DNA of 63,999 nucleotides, filler included, from an uncultured bacterium (GTDB lineage Bacteria; CAYSBA01), in the NCBI GenBank assembly GCA_964429075.1. It is 9 parts of 9 records of this genome, joined end to end, with 100 filler letters (N's around TTAATTAATTAA, not from the genome) between each part and the next. Parts side by side here need not be neighbours in the genome. Positions count along the whole stretch, not along the records: positions 7,746 to 15,345 come from CAYSBA010000047.1; positions 15,446 to 23,015 come from CAYSBA010000048.1; 7 more parts are not named here. The stretch is one strand, 5' to 3'. Under the pieces are notes generated by a model. It was not told the origin of the DNA and ran no database searches. It saw only the letters and a program-made list of their open reading frames with translations. A program made the translations under genes and the position numbers. This document shows, one piece after another, positions 10,197 to 20,748 of this stretch (position 1 is the first letter of the stretch; every line of letters starts with the position of its first letter).

Positions 10197-11483
10197 ATGA
10201 AGTTGGACGATCCTCTGTCGTGGCAGGTGACAATCATCTTAATCCTGCTTGTCTTAAGTGGGATAATATCATCTTCTGAAACTGCACTTACAGCCCTATC
10301 AAACGCAAAGCTTGAAGAATTGATAGCTGCCAAAAAGGGCGGTAAGGGGCTTAAACTCTGGAGGGATAATCCAAGTCTTTTTCTTACGTCTCTTCTTATT
10401 TTAAATAATGTTATAAACATTTCTATATCTGTCCTTACCACAGTGATTGCTGAAAGGATATTCAGTGAAAACTCTGTAGGGATTGCCATCGGTGTTGCCA
10501 CCTTTTTAATCCTATCCTTTGGGGAGGTTATACCAAAGACTATTGCACTTACCTTCCCAGACAGGGTTTCTGTGCTCTTTATACGTGTAATCTCAATATT
10601 TCTATACATCTCATATCCGATAGCCTATCTTCTAACCGAGGTATCTGCCTTGATTTCATCCCTTTTTGGCAAAGAGATGCAAAAACGAAACCTCTATCTT
10701 ACAGAAAAAGAGATTGAGACTATGGTTGCCCTCAGTTCAAAAAAAGGACTTTTTAAAGGCACAAAGGGCAGGATGATACACTCAATTTTTGATTTTACTG
10801 ATACCACTGTTAACGAAATAATGATCCATCGAACAGATATGGTAACTGTAAGAACGGATGAAAAACTTGAGGATATCCTCGAAAAGATCACACAAGCAGG
10901 ACATTCGCGCATACCTGTTTATGAAAACACCATAGATAATATTGTTGGCATCCTCTACAGTAAGGATCTGTTGAATTTCCTTGCACATAACGACAAAAAT
11001 GAATTTTCTATAAAAAAACTTTTGAGAAAGCCCTACTTTACACCAGAGAGCAAAAAGATTTCCGAGCTTTTAAAAGAATTTCAAAAAAAACGGGTTCATA
11101 TGGCCATTGTTGTTGATGAATTTGGGGGTACAGCAGGACTTATTACCCTTGAGGACATCCTTGAGGAACTAGTAGGTGATATAAAGGATGAGTTTGATGA
11201 TACAGAGACACCCATCAAAAGGATAGGAAAAAATAGATTTCTCGTTGATGGAAAACTCCCCATCAAAGACCTCGAACACTTTCTCAACCTCGAATTTCCT
11301 GACAGTATCGACTCTGAAAGCGTGGGTGGGCTTCTTGTATCTGAAAAAGGCAGGGTCCCTGCTGCTGGTGAATCCATAGTCTGCAACGGTTTAAAATTCA
11401 GGGTACTTGAAGCAAATGAGAAGAGGGTAATTAAGGTGGAAATCGAAAGATTACCAAGAATCATTCAGGAACAGGGGAGTTGA
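10197..11483 (+). CDS. Hemolysin-family/CNNM (DUF21-CBS-CorC_HlyC) membrane protein, probable Mg2+/Co2+ transporter
   Basis: S.SETALT, FGEV.PK, HSRIPVY, HMAIVVDEFGGTAGL.TLEDILEE.VGDI.DEFD. Confidence 0.93.
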   Translation: MKLDDPLSWQVTIILILLVLSGIISSSETALTALSNAKLEELIAAKKGGKGLKLWRDNPSLFLTSLLILNNVINISISVLTTVIAERIFSENSVGIAIGVATFLILSFGEVIPKTIALTFPDRVSVLFIRVISIFLYISYPIAYLLTEVSALISSLFGKEMQKRNLYLTEKEIETMVALSSKKGLFKGTKGRMIHSIFDFTDTTVNEIMIHRTDMVTVRTDEKLEDILEKITQAGHSRIPVYENTIDNIVGILYSKDLLNFLAHNDKNEFSIKKLLRKPYFTPESKKISELLKEFQKKRVHMAIVVDEFGGTAGLITLEDILEELVGDIKDEFDDTETPIKRIGKNRFLVDGKLPIKDLEHFLNLEFPDSIDSESVGGLLVSEKGRVPAAGESIVCNGLKFRVLEANEKRVIKVEIERLPRIIQEQGS

Positions 11484-11493
11484 CATTAAATTT

Positions 11494-11772
11494 ATGCAAA
11501 CAAGACCTTTTTCAAAATCTATCATGTTCTTGTATATTTTTATATTTTTTTTCTGCTCGCTTTTGAACTGTCCCGGGAAGGTCGAAGATCCATGTATCTC
11601 TACAGACAATATAGGTTGCGAAACTCCACTCGATTGCTGTAGTATAGAGGATGTATGTGTTGTGGTAGGAAGATCTAAAAAGTGCATGAAAGGGTGTAAC
11701 GATGACAGAGACTGCAGCGAGGCAAGGTTATGCAAGATGACAGACAAGGGGATCAAATACTGTGATTGGTAA
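11494..11772 (+). CDS. Small Cys-rich putative lipoprotein
   Basis: Hydrophobic N-terminus ending SLLNC; CNDDRDC.....C motif; fills the gap between the CNNM gene and polA. Confidence 0.65.
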   Translation: MQTRPFSKSIMFLYIFIFFFCSLLNCPGKVEDPCISTDNIGCETPLDCCSIEDVCVVVGRSKKCMKGCNDDRDCSEARLCKMTDKGIKYCDW

Positions 11773-14284
11773 AGTTCAAAAGATAGCACTGCCAGAAGGT
11801 TTTAAAAAGGAAAATACTATATTTTTAGTAGATGGCACCTCTTTCATGTATCGTGCCTTTTTTGCCATGCGAGATTTGAGCACAAAAGATGGATTTCCGA
11901 CCGGTGCCATATTCGGTTTTACAAAGTTGCTTTTAAGGCTTTTAGATCTATTTGATCCTCTCTTTATTGGAGTCGTCTTGGATGAAAAAGAAAAAACCGA
12001 ACGCCACGAGATTTTTGAGGCCTATAAGGCCAACAGACCCAAACAACCAGAAGATCTCTCAATACAGATACCGGAGACAAAAAAGATAGTAAGGGCCCTT
12101 GGAGTAAAACTTATCTCTCTTAGCGGTTTTGAGGCAGACGATATTATTGCTACAATAACCCACAGGCTTTACAAATACCACTTTGTTATCATCACCTCAG
12201 ACAAGGATCTCTTCCAGCTAATCAACGACAGGATAATAATCTGGGACCCAAGAAAAGAGCTATATATAGATAAAGATGCTGTGTTAAAAAAGTTTGGCGT
12301 AAGGCCTGAACAGATGATAGATTATCAGGCCCTCGTTGGTGATTCAACCGACAACATACCCGGTGTACCGGGGGTTGGTCCCAAAAAGGCGCAGAATTTA
12401 TTAACAAGATTTGGTTCCTTAAACGAGCTTCGAAACCATCTGGATGAGTTATCAGAGAGTGATAGAAAAAAAATAATGGATCACTGGGAGGATGCAGTAC
12501 TATCAAAGAGATTGGTTGAACTAAACGAAAACTGTCCTGTTGAGATCCCTGTCGAGTCCTTAAAAAGGGATTGTATAGACCAAAAGGGTTTTGTTGAAAT
12601 CTTAAGACGTTTCGAATTCAAAAGCCTCCTAAGGGACTTTTCATCAGATGATAAAAAGAGGCTCAAGAAACTGAAGGCCCTTGATAAAAATCTTCCTAAT
12701 GAACTGTGTATAGGTACTTTAGATGGCAGGCTTCTACTTATCTTTGACAACGGTTATTATATTTCAGATAGAGAAACCGCTGTCGGGTTATTGAAAAAAA
12801 GCAAATTAGTTACCGATGATCTCAAATCCATACTGCATCTATATGAGGATCCAGCCATAAAAGGGGATGATCTAACCCTTGCATTGTACTGTCTTGATAG
12901 CACATACAGTACAAAAAGGATCTCAGATTATGCACAGGATATAATGTCTTATGTTGAGGTAGATCTTGATGATCCATCGCAGGCCCTCAGAGAAAGAATC
13001 AATGAACTATATAATGGTAGTAAAATCAAATCAAAACTCTTTTTGGAAATGAAAAGAAGGGGCACAGACAGGGTCTATGAGGAGATAGAACTACCCTTGG
13101 TACCCATACTCTATAAAATGGAAAAAATAGGTATTCGGCTTGATGTAGAGAGGATACACAGTCTAAGACATGAAGCAGAAAAAAGCTGTACTGAATTAAC
13201 AGAACAGATCTTTCAGGAGGCTGGTGTTACTATAAACCTTGATTCTCCCAAACAGCTCTCTTGGCTCCTGTTTGAAAGACTAAAACTACCCAAGATCAAA
13301 AAAACAAAGACCGGATACTCGACCGACCAGAGCGTTCTTGAGCGCCTGAAGAATAGACACAGGATTGTAGAACTACTCCTTGAATACAGATTCCTTACAA
13401 AGCTTATCAACACCTATCTCAAACCTCTCCCGGAGTATGTTAATCCACAGACAAAAAGATTACATACCCATTTTAACCAGAAGGTAACTGCTACAGGCAG
13501 GCTATCAAGTTCCAATCCAAATCTCCAGAACATCCCCATACGTAGTGATCTTGGCGCAAAGATCAGGTCCTGTTTTGTTGCTGAGGAGGGTTACACCCTT
13601 GTCTCATTCGACTATTCTCAACTCGAGTTAAGGATACTTGCCAATCTATCAAAGGATAGCCTTCTATGTGATATGCTCCTTTCAGGTGAGGATGTTCACA
13701 CTCTTACTGCATCTTTTATCCTTGGTGTTGATCGTAACCTTGTTACCAAAGAGATGAGGAGTCTTGCAAAATCTATAAACTATGGGATAATATACGGTAT
13801 GGGGGAAGTGAAACTAAGTCAGGAAACAGGCATAACAAGGAAGGAGGCACGTAAATACATCGATGACTACTTCAAACGCTTTGAAGGTGTCAAGAGGTAT
13901 ATAGAAAATTGCCTGAATGAGGCACGTAAAGAGGGTGCAGTCAGGACAATCTTTGGTAGATACAGAAGCATTCCAGCTATCAACTCACGTAACTCTGCTC
14001 AGCGTTCAAGGGACGAGAGAATTGCTATAAATACCCCCATTCAGGGAAGTGCTGCAGATATAATAAAGATTGCCATGATAAGGATTGATAGATGGCTTAA
14101 AAGTAGTGATATAAATGCAAATCTTATTCTACAGATACATGATGAGCTTTTGTTTGAGGTTAAAGAGGATGAGGTAGAGGATCTAATTGATGGTGTAAAG
14201 CCCTTGATGGAGGGAGTGTTAGAGGACAAGGTACCTCTTATCGTAGATGTTGGTTCAGGCAAAAACTGGCAACTTGCCCATTAA
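11762..14284 (+). CDS. polA: DNA polymerase I
   Basis: LVDG..FMYRAFFA, EADDII, GDSTDNIPGVPGVGPK, TGRLSSSNPNLQNIP, DYSQLELR, AKSINYGIIYG, QIHDELLFE. Confidence 0.98.
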   Translation: MIGKVQKIALPEGFKKENTIFLVDGTSFMYRAFFAMRDLSTKDGFPTGAIFGFTKLLLRLLDLFDPLFIGVVLDEKEKTERHEIFEAYKANRPKQPEDLSIQIPETKKIVRALGVKLISLSGFEADDIIATITHRLYKYHFVIITSDKDLFQLINDRIIIWDPRKELYIDKDAVLKKFGVRPEQMIDYQALVGDSTDNIPGVPGVGPKKAQNLLTRFGSLNELRNHLDELSESDRKKIMDHWEDAVLSKRLVELNENCPVEIPVESLKRDCIDQKGFVEILRRFEFKSLLRDFSSDDKKRLKKLKALDKNLPNELCIGTLDGRLLLIFDNGYYISDRETAVGLLKKSKLVTDDLKSILHLYEDPAIKGDDLTLALYCLDSTYSTKRISDYAQDIMSYVEVDLDDPSQALRERINELYNGSKIKSKLFLEMKRRGTDRVYEEIELPLVPILYKMEKIGIRLDVERIHSLRHEAEKSCTELTEQIFQEAGVTINLDSPKQLSWLLFERLKLPKIKKTKTGYSTDQSVLERLKNRHRIVELLLEYRFLTKLINTYLKPLPEYVNPQTKRLHTHFNQKVTATGRLSSSNPNLQNIPIRSDLGAKIRSCFVAEEGYTLVSFDYSQLELRILANLSKDSLLCDMLLSGEDVHTLTASFILGVDRNLVTKEMRSLAKSINYGIIYGMGEVKLSQETGITRKEARKYIDDYFKRFEGVKRYIENCLNEARKEGAVRTIFGRYRSIPAINSRNSAQRSRDERIAINTPIQGSAADIIKIAMIRIDRWLKSSDINANLILQIHDELLFEVKEDEVEDLIDGVKPLMEGVLEDKVPLIVDVGSGKNWQLAH

Positions 14285-14296
14285 GGAGGTTATAAA

Positions 14297-15345
14297 ATGC
14301 AAAATAATCAAAAGGATATCCCGGACTTAATGAAGGCACTGCTTCGTGATGAAGAAAAGATAGCTGCAATCGAAAAGCTTGGCAGGCTATTTTATTCCTC
14401 CCTTGATCTACAGGACATACTAAAAAAGGTACTTTATAATCTCCCCGAGGTCTTTGCTGCAGAGCGTGCTACCCTATTTCTGCTGGATAAAGAAAAAAAC
14501 GTTCTTTATTCACAATCAGCAGTAGGAATGGATGACAAAAGCATTGTATTACCACTCGGCGAGGGTATTGTAGGCTGGTGTGTTCAGAAAAAACAACTTG
14601 TAAATGTCTCTGATGTATACAAAGATGTAAGATTCAATCCATCTATAGACAAAAAGACCGGTTTTAAGACAAAAAGTATCCTTGCAATACCTCTTTTAAG
14701 TCGTTCGGGCAGCGTACTTGGGGTTGTGGAGTTGTTAAATAAAAAGGACGGAGGAGGTTTCACAACCGAAGATGAAGATCTTTTAAGATCAATATGTGTA
14801 CATTTTTCATTGGCCTTAGAGAATATCGAACTATATGAAAGGCTAAAAGAGTCCCGGAAACAACTCGAAGATAAGGTTAAGCTGCTCAATCTCCTTTATG
14901 CTGTAGAAAGATCTGCCAACAGATCAACCGACTTGATGGAGTTTTTTGAAAAGGCAATAACAACAATATTAGAAGTAACCGATTCTGATGCCGGAAGTCT
15001 CGTGCTTGTGGATAAAGAGAGTAAAGATCTTGATTTCCTGATAGCCCTTGGCCCCAGGGCAATGGCAGTAAAACGTATGAAAATAAAAAGGGGTCAGGGT
15101 ATAATCGGATGGGTAGTTGACAACAAAAAGAGTGTCATCAGCAACAATGTAGAAAAAGATCCAAGGCATGACAAAGAGATTGCAAACAAAATTGGTTATC
15201 GGGTAAAAACGACCCTCTGCGTTCCAATTATGGATGGTGATAGTGTGTATGGTGCAATAGAACTTTTAAACAAAAAGGATGGCTACAACCAGGACGATCT
15301 TAAGGCACTTGAAACCCTCGCGGCGAATCTTTCTGATCTTATAGA
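14297..15345 (+). CDS. Tandem GAF-domain signalling protein, 3' truncated
   Basis: Two GAF domains (GEGIVGW..D.RF...ID..TGF.TKSIL..P..GV.ELLNKK and GQGIIGWV..LCVP..GAIELLNKK); output domain not visible. Confidence 0.88.
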
Positions 15346-15445
15346 NNNNNNNNNNNNNNNNNNNNNNNNNNNNNNNNNNNNNNNNNNNNTTAATTAATTA
15401 ANNNNNNNNNNNNNNNNNNNNNNNNNNNNNNNNNNNNNNNNNNNN

Positions 15446-15778
15446 GTTAAAGATAGCTTGAATCGTGAATATATAGTTATTCTAAGGGGCTCAAAGGAAC
15501 AGGATGATGCCTTTATTAAGGAATTTTATTCAACCTTTACAGCAGATGATCCTTCACCGGTCTTTGAAAAGCTGAGTCCCACTATTAGGAGCATCATTAA
15601 GAGAAGAAAGGTTGTAATCGGTATGTTAGAGGATGCACTTTACATGTCTCAGGGACTACCTGACTCAATCGAAATTAGCGATTTAGCACAGGGACATGTA
15701 ATGAAGATTTTGAACTACGGTTACAGAATTATTACTCTCTATGATGGTGCGGTAAAAGATGTGAGGGATCTACCATGA
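15446..15778 (+). CDS. Hypothetical protein, C-terminal part (5' truncated)
   Basis: Frame open from the contig edge; ATGA overlap with coaX. Confidence 0.6.
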   Translation, partial: VKDSLNREYIVILRGSKEQDDAFIKEFYSTFTADDPSPVFEKLSPTIRSIIKRRKVVIGMLEDALYMSQGLPDSIEISDLAQGHVMKILNYGYRIITLYDGAVKDVRDLP

Positions 15779-16560
15779 ATGTACTTGTATTTGATGTGGG
15801 AAATACCAACACCACCATCGGGCTTTTTTGCGATAATAAACTTATAGACTGGTACAGGATTAGAACCGACATCGGTGTTACACCAGATGAGATTGCAATA
15901 AAAGTGAGAGACCTAATTGCACTTTCATACACCGAAGAATTAAATTTTGATGATCTTGTTGTATCAAGTGTAGTGCCTGAGTTTTCTGATATTCTTGAAC
16001 GTTATTCACTAAGATATATGAAAAAAAAGCCTTTTTTTATAAGCCACAGATGTAACACAGCAATCAGGATAGGATACACCCTTCCAGAACAGGTTGGGGC
16101 AGACAGGATTGCAAACTGTGAAGCTGCCTTTTGTGATTATGGTGGCCAATTGATTGTGGTGGACTTTGGTACAGCCTGCACATTCGATTTTATCAGTAGA
16201 GATGGAATTTATGAAGGAGGGGCAATAGCACCGGGTTTCGATACATTCATATCATCCCTTTACAAGAGAACTGCAAAACTCTGGCGGGTGGAGCTACAAC
16301 ATCCAGAAAGGGCAGTGGGTAAGAATACCCCTGAGAGTCTAATATCAGGTCTGGTAAATGGTTACAAGGGAATGGTTGAGTTTGTTATTGAAAAGATAAA
16401 AAAAGAAAAAGGTTATGATTCAGATGTAATATACACTGGTGGCGAGGCAAAGCGTGTGGTTAACCTGCTCTCCTTGGATGGTGTAGTTGATGATACATTA
16501 ACACTGAGAGGCTGTGTATATATCTATCTAAAAAATCTAAAGGGGAACGACAATGGATGA
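15775..16560 (+). CDS. coaX: Type III pantothenate kinase
   Basis: DVGNTNT, SSVVP, GADRIAN, VVDFGTA.TFD, GG.IAPG, TGG. Confidence 0.96.
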   Translation: MNVLVFDVGNTNTTIGLFCDNKLIDWYRIRTDIGVTPDEIAIKVRDLIALSYTEELNFDDLVVSSVVPEFSDILERYSLRYMKKKPFFISHRCNTAIRIGYTLPEQVGADRIANCEAAFCDYGGQLIVVDFGTACTFDFISRDGIYEGGAIAPGFDTFISSLYKRTAKLWRVELQHPERAVGKNTPESLISGLVNGYKGMVEFVIEKIKKEKGYDSDVIYTGGEAKRVVNLLSLDGVVDDTLTLRGCVYIYLKNLKGNDNG

Positions 16561-17635
16561 CCAAATAAAGAAAATAATCGATTATATCCCTGAAAATTTT
16601 CATAGATTCACAGATCCTGATCTCAACAGAAATATAAAACTTTCTCTTGCAAAAGGTGCGATCCCTATTCCACCAGATATATTGACGTGTATACTGTATA
16701 TTCATTATGGTGAGGATGATGTAGAGCTAAAAGAGTCAATTGAAAAAAGAATAAAGAGTATACCTGTCAATTTAATTGTGAGTTTTGCTGAAAATGAAAA
16801 ATTTCCACCACCTGTATTATCATTTCTTTACAATATACTTGGTCACCTCGATGCTGTTACATATGCTGTTGCATCAAATCCAGCAACTCCGGTTGATACA
16901 ATCTTACGTATAATTGAAAAAACAACAGAACCCGAGATCCTCGACATTATTGCTGACAACCAGCAGAGGATGAAAGAACATCCAGAAATAATAAAAGCTT
17001 TACTTAACAATACCTTTATATCTGTAAGGACTTCTGACAAGGTATACGAATTTGCAAAACGTAATTCTATCGACATATTTAAACAATTCGAAGAAGAAAA
17101 AGACTCCTCACGCATAAAAGAGGCAATGGCAATTGCATCAGAGATCGAACAGGAAAAGGAAGAGGATAAAGAAGAAGTAGCTCATTTTGTACCCGATAAG
17201 AAGAAAAAGGAGGAAGATAAAAAAAAGAGTGCCAATCTTTACAAGATAATTAAGGATATGACAATCGCAGAGAAGATAAAACTTGCTATGCTGGGCAACA
17301 AATCTGCAAGGAGGCTCCTACTTAAAGAATCCAATAAGGTAATATTGATGGCAGTTGTAAAGAGCCCAAAGATTTCTGAATCAGAGATACTTGAGATTGC
17401 AAAAAATAAAACAATGAACTCTGAGATAATCCGCTTTATATGCAGTAAAAAAGAATGGATAAAATCTTATAAAATGAAGCTTGCACTTGTTACTAACCCA
17501 AAGACTCCTGTAGATAAGGCACTAACATTTTTATCATTTTTAAGAAAAAATGATCTCAAAGACATTGCAAGAAGTAAAAATGTGCCGCGTCCGGTAGCCC
17601 AGGCTGCGCAGAAAAAACTAAAGCTTGGAAAGTAA
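16553..17635 (+). CDS. Conserved hypothetical helical-repeat protein of deltaproteobacterial type
   Basis: ASNPATP, DIIADNQQR, M...EKIKLA.LGN..AR.LL, ALV.NPKTP, L..IA.SKNVP. Confidence 0.75.
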   Translation: MDDQIKKIIDYIPENFHRFTDPDLNRNIKLSLAKGAIPIPPDILTCILYIHYGEDDVELKESIEKRIKSIPVNLIVSFAENEKFPPPVLSFLYNILGHLDAVTYAVASNPATPVDTILRIIEKTTEPEILDIIADNQQRMKEHPEIIKALLNNTFISVRTSDKVYEFAKRNSIDIFKQFEEEKDSSRIKEAMAIASEIEQEKEEDKEEVAHFVPDKKKKEEDKKKSANLYKIIKDMTIAEKIKLAMLGNKSARRLLLKESNKVILMAVVKSPKISESEILEIAKNKTMNSEIIRFICSKKEWIKSYKMKLALVTNPKTPVDKALTFLSFLRKNDLKDIARSKNVPRPVAQAAQKKLKLGK

Positions 17636-18448
17636 GTCTCTTATTTCAGTAAGGATTGTTTTTAATCTCTCTAACTCTTTTTCTAAATAATCAAGCCTCT
17701 CAAGCCTTTTTTCAATCTGCTCAATCTTTAATGAGTCAACCTGCACATTACGCTCATTCGTTTTTTCATTACTCTCTTCAATCTCTATATCTATTCCTTC
17801 TGCTTCTGAATTCTCTACAGATTTATCACTCTCTTCTACAAAAGGAATACTCTCTTGGGTATCTACTGCTGTATTGCCAGGGACTCCCTTATCATCAATT
17901 GTCTCGATCACCTCTATCTCTTCAATATCTTCTATATTTTCATCATCTTCCACAGGGGCTGTCCCTTCTAAAACAACTCCATCTACCGACTGGCCATTCT
18001 CTAAGGAATCTATAAGCTGACTTATGTCATATATCTTTGTTCTCTCATCAACAGTAGGTGGCGAATTATTATCCTTTTCTTCTTTACTATCCGGGATACC
18101 TGAAGGTATTTCTCCATTTACTGCTTTTAGAAGGGTATCTTTATCAGGGTCTTTATCGATGAATATGACATCAGAGAGATCTTCAATACCCTTATACTCA
18201 CCGAGCCGTATGACCTTTGCTTCTGATAGAATCGGGCTATTCTTAACCAGATCATGTATCTTTCTTACCTCAAAGCTATCAATAGTGGCATCAATAATGA
18301 CGACATCGGGCAAAAAATGAGCAAGGTCCATCTCCATCGATTGTGAAAGCTCTATCTGTGAAAGCTCAAGCTCATTGTAAAGTTCCATTAAGATTAATCT
18401 ATCAAAGGTATCGGTGCTTCCTATGAATGCGACCTTTTTGATACTCAT
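17618..18448 (-). CDS. Degenerate receiver-like domain, acidic linker and C-terminal coiled coil
   Basis: PDVVIID strand, D/E-rich middle, IEQIEKRLERLDYLEKELERLK heptads; ATGA-coupled to ald. Confidence 0.7.
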   Translation of the reverse strand: MSIKKVAFIGSTDTFDRLILMELYNELELSQIELSQSMEMDLAHFLPDVVIIDATIDSFEVRKIHDLVKNSPILSEAKVIRLGEYKGIEDLSDVIFIDKDPDKDTLLKAVNGEIPSGIPDSKEEKDNNSPPTVDERTKIYDISQLIDSLENGQSVDGVVLEGTAPVEDDENIEDIEEIEVIETIDDKGVPGNTAVDTQESIPFVEESDKSVENSEAEGIDIEIEESNEKTNERNVQVDSLKIEQIEKRLERLDYLEKELERLKTILTEIRDLLSKL

Positions 18449-19557
18449 GATATCATCTCATCGAGTGATTTGTAAGGGAGATCTAAAGATTTAGCAACTG
18501 CAGGATGGGTGATGTAACCACCATAGGTATTAACCCCACGTCTAATTGGGAGATTACTCTTAAGGACTCCAACCGGATCGTTTGCAATCTTTCTTGCGTA
18601 AGTGATGGTACAGTTTGTGAGTGCGTAGGTGGATGTCCTTGCAACAGCTCCCGGTATGTTGGCTACACAATAATGAATAATACCATGCTTCTTATATACA
18701 GGGTTCTCATGGGTGGTGGGCTTGCATGTCTGGATACAACCACCCTGATCCACAGAAACATCAACAATAACAGAATTCTCTTCCATTGATTTTACCATAT
18801 CTTCAGTTACAACCACAGGTGCTCTGGCGCCGGCTATTAAAACTGCTCCGATAAGTAGATCACAGTCTTTTATAGATTCAAGTATGTTATGGTGATCAGA
18901 CATAAGGACATCTACCTTTGAAGAAAAAATGTCATCAAGATAGGTAAGACGCCGTACATTGATATCCAATACAGTTACCCTTGCACCCATCCCTACAGCA
19001 ATCTTTGTAGCATTTATCCCTACAGTTCCAGCACCAATGATTACAACCTTCCCGCGTCTCACACCTGGCACACCCCCGAGAAGAACACCCTTACCACCAT
19101 ACTCCTTCTCCAGGTATCTCGCACCTACCTGAACTGCCATTTTACCAGCTATTTCACTCATGGGCCTTAAAAGAGGCAAAGTGCCATCATCTTCCTGGAT
19201 TGTTTCATACCCTATAGCCACAATCTCTTTATTAAGAAGTACCTCAGCAAGTTCTGGAAAGGCTGCAAGATGAAAATAGGTATAGATAATCTGCCCTCTC
19301 TTAAGGAGAGGATACTCTGCCTCTAAGGGTTCCTTTACCTTAATTATCATATCTGACTCACCAAACACCTCCTGGGCTGTATCAACTAAGGTTGCCCCTG
19401 CTTTTTCAAAATCCTCATCAGAGATACCACTGCCAAGACCGGCACCCTTTTCAATCAGTACCCTATGACCATCCTGTGTAAGGGCCTTGACACCAGATGG
19501 AATAATACCAACCCTGTATTCATGATTCTTAATCTCTTTTGGCACTCCTATTATCAC
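18445..19557 (-). CDS. ald: Alanine dehydrogenase
   Basis: [55 protein letters not shown]. Confidence 0.97.
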   Translation of the reverse strand: MIIGVPKEIKNHEYRVGIIPSGVKALTQDGHRVLIEKGAGLGSGISDEDFEKAGATLVDTAQEVFGESDMIIKVKEPLEAEYPLLKRGQIIYTYFHLAAFPELAEVLLNKEIVAIGYETIQEDDGTLPLLRPMSEIAGKMAVQVGARYLEKEYGGKGVLLGGVPGVRRGKVVIIGAGTVGINATKIAVGMGARVTVLDINVRRLTYLDDIFSSKVDVLMSDHHNILESIKDCDLLIGAVLIAGARAPVVVTEDMVKSMEENSVIVDVSVDQGGCIQTCKPTTHENPVYKKHGIIHYCVANIPGAVARTSTYALTNCTITYARKIANDPVGVLKSNLPIRRGVNTYGGYITHPAVAKSLDLPYKSLDEMIS

Positions 19558-19628
19558 AGAAATCCTCCTTACAAAGTTTCAGTAATTGGATATCACAATC
19601 AGACATTCCATTCAAGAAATTTAATTAT

Positions 19629-19656
19629 AAAAAAAGGGCCTCTAAATTGAGGCCCT
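19629..19656 (-). terminator. Rho-independent terminator
   Basis: AGGGCCTC-aattta-GAGGCCCT followed by a T-run on the minus strand, about 30 bp after the lipoprotein stop. Confidence 0.8.
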
Positions 19657-19685
19657 CTTTATGTCAGTAAATGCTGGGTTTTTAG

Positions 19686-20642
19686 CTATTGCATCTGATA
19701 ACACTGCCATCCGTTTGGACAGTCGCTTGCAGCATTGCAACCGATAAGACATGCCTTGGCACCACCGAGGTCCTGACACTGTCCACCGTTTGAACAGGTA
19801 CCAGTCTGTGTACAGTCTTCAACACAGAAACATGTCCCCTGTTGACCCTGAAGTGAGACAGGAAGTTGACCCTGTGGACATTGGGTATTGTTTGAACAGG
19901 TTGCGGAATAACAGAATCCACTGCCACCACCCTGGAACCAGTCTGAAGGGAGACATTCACCTCCAATATATGTACCATCCTGAGAGGGTGGTAGACAGGA
20001 AAAACCTGTGGGACAATCTGCATCTGAGGTGCATTTTGTGTAACAGAAATAGAGGGTGTTGTTATTCTGGTCCTTTAAGATACCATCGCAATTTTCGTTG
20101 CTACCACATTCTCCACCATTTGGTGTGCACTGAATTGTACATAGCCCATTTTCTACACCCTGCACCATCAGACACTGCTGTGGTGATGGACAATTCGGGC
20201 TTGCCTGGGAACAGAGCTGGCTACCATTTCCGCCACTTCCACCGCCACTTGTACATGTTCCATTATTGCATACCTGACCGCTTGGACAATCTGCATCGCT
20301 TGTACATCCACCACTGTTGGATGTGCAGGTACCATTCTGGCAAATCTGCCCGCTCGGACAATCGAAATCTGATTGACAGCCTGTGCCTCCAGTTGTGCAG
20401 GTGCCGTTGTTACAGACCTGACCACTTGGACAATCTGCATCGCTTGTACATCCACCCCCACTACTCGTGACACAGCTCCCATCTTTGCAGACCTGACCAC
20501 TTGGACAGTCAAAATCACTCTTACAGCCTGTACCGGTGCCGTTATCACCACCTGAATTGTCACTACTTGATGAACAACCTCCAAAGGCAATAATAGCACC
20601 AGCAAACAGCAGGGCTCCTGAGAGTCTTAAAATTCTGTTCAT
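19686..20642 (-). CDS. Cys/Gly-rich repeat lipoprotein
   Basis: GGAGG RBS; signal peptide MNRILR..FGG-C; four CxSDxDCPSGQxCxxGxC repeats plus further Cys-rich modules. Confidence 0.85.
   Translation of the reverse strand: MNRILRLSGALLFAGAIIAFGGCSSSSDNSGGDNGTGTGCKSDFDCPSGQVCKDGSCVTSSGGGCTSDADCPSGQVCNNGTCTTGGTGCQSDFDCPSGQICQNGTCTSNSGGCTSDADCPSGQVCNNGTCTSGGGSGGNGSQLCSQASPNCPSPQQCLMVQGVENGLCTIQCTPNGGECGSNENCDGILKDQNNNTLYFCYTKCTSDADCPTGFSCLPPSQDGTYIGGECLPSDWFQGGGSGFCYSATCSNNTQCPQGQLPVSLQGQQGTCFCVEDCTQTGTCSNGGQCQDLGGAKACLIGCNAASDCPNGWQCYQMQ
20281..20456 (-). repeat. Exact 32-bp direct repeat, 144-bp period, inside the lipoprotein gene
   Basis: cttggacaatctgcatcgcttgtacatccacc at 20281-20312 and 20425-20456. 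Confidence 0.9.
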
Positions 20643-20748
20643 GATACTTCCTCCATAGATAAATCCATTGGTTAAATTACTGTCAATTACTCTCATAATA
20701 TATAAAGACTGTCAAGAAAATAGTTTTTTATCAGCAATAATGTCATTT

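Noticed and set aside
12640..13070. Eroded 3'-5' exonuclease domain of PolA
   Set aside because: Common in many bacterial Pol I enzymes; not novel
19682..20605. Long alternative-frame ORFs over the Cys-rich lipoprotein (19751-20470 +, 20168-20605 -, 19682-20023 -)
   Set aside because: Shadow ORFs caused by repetitive, biased codons; no RBS or motifs
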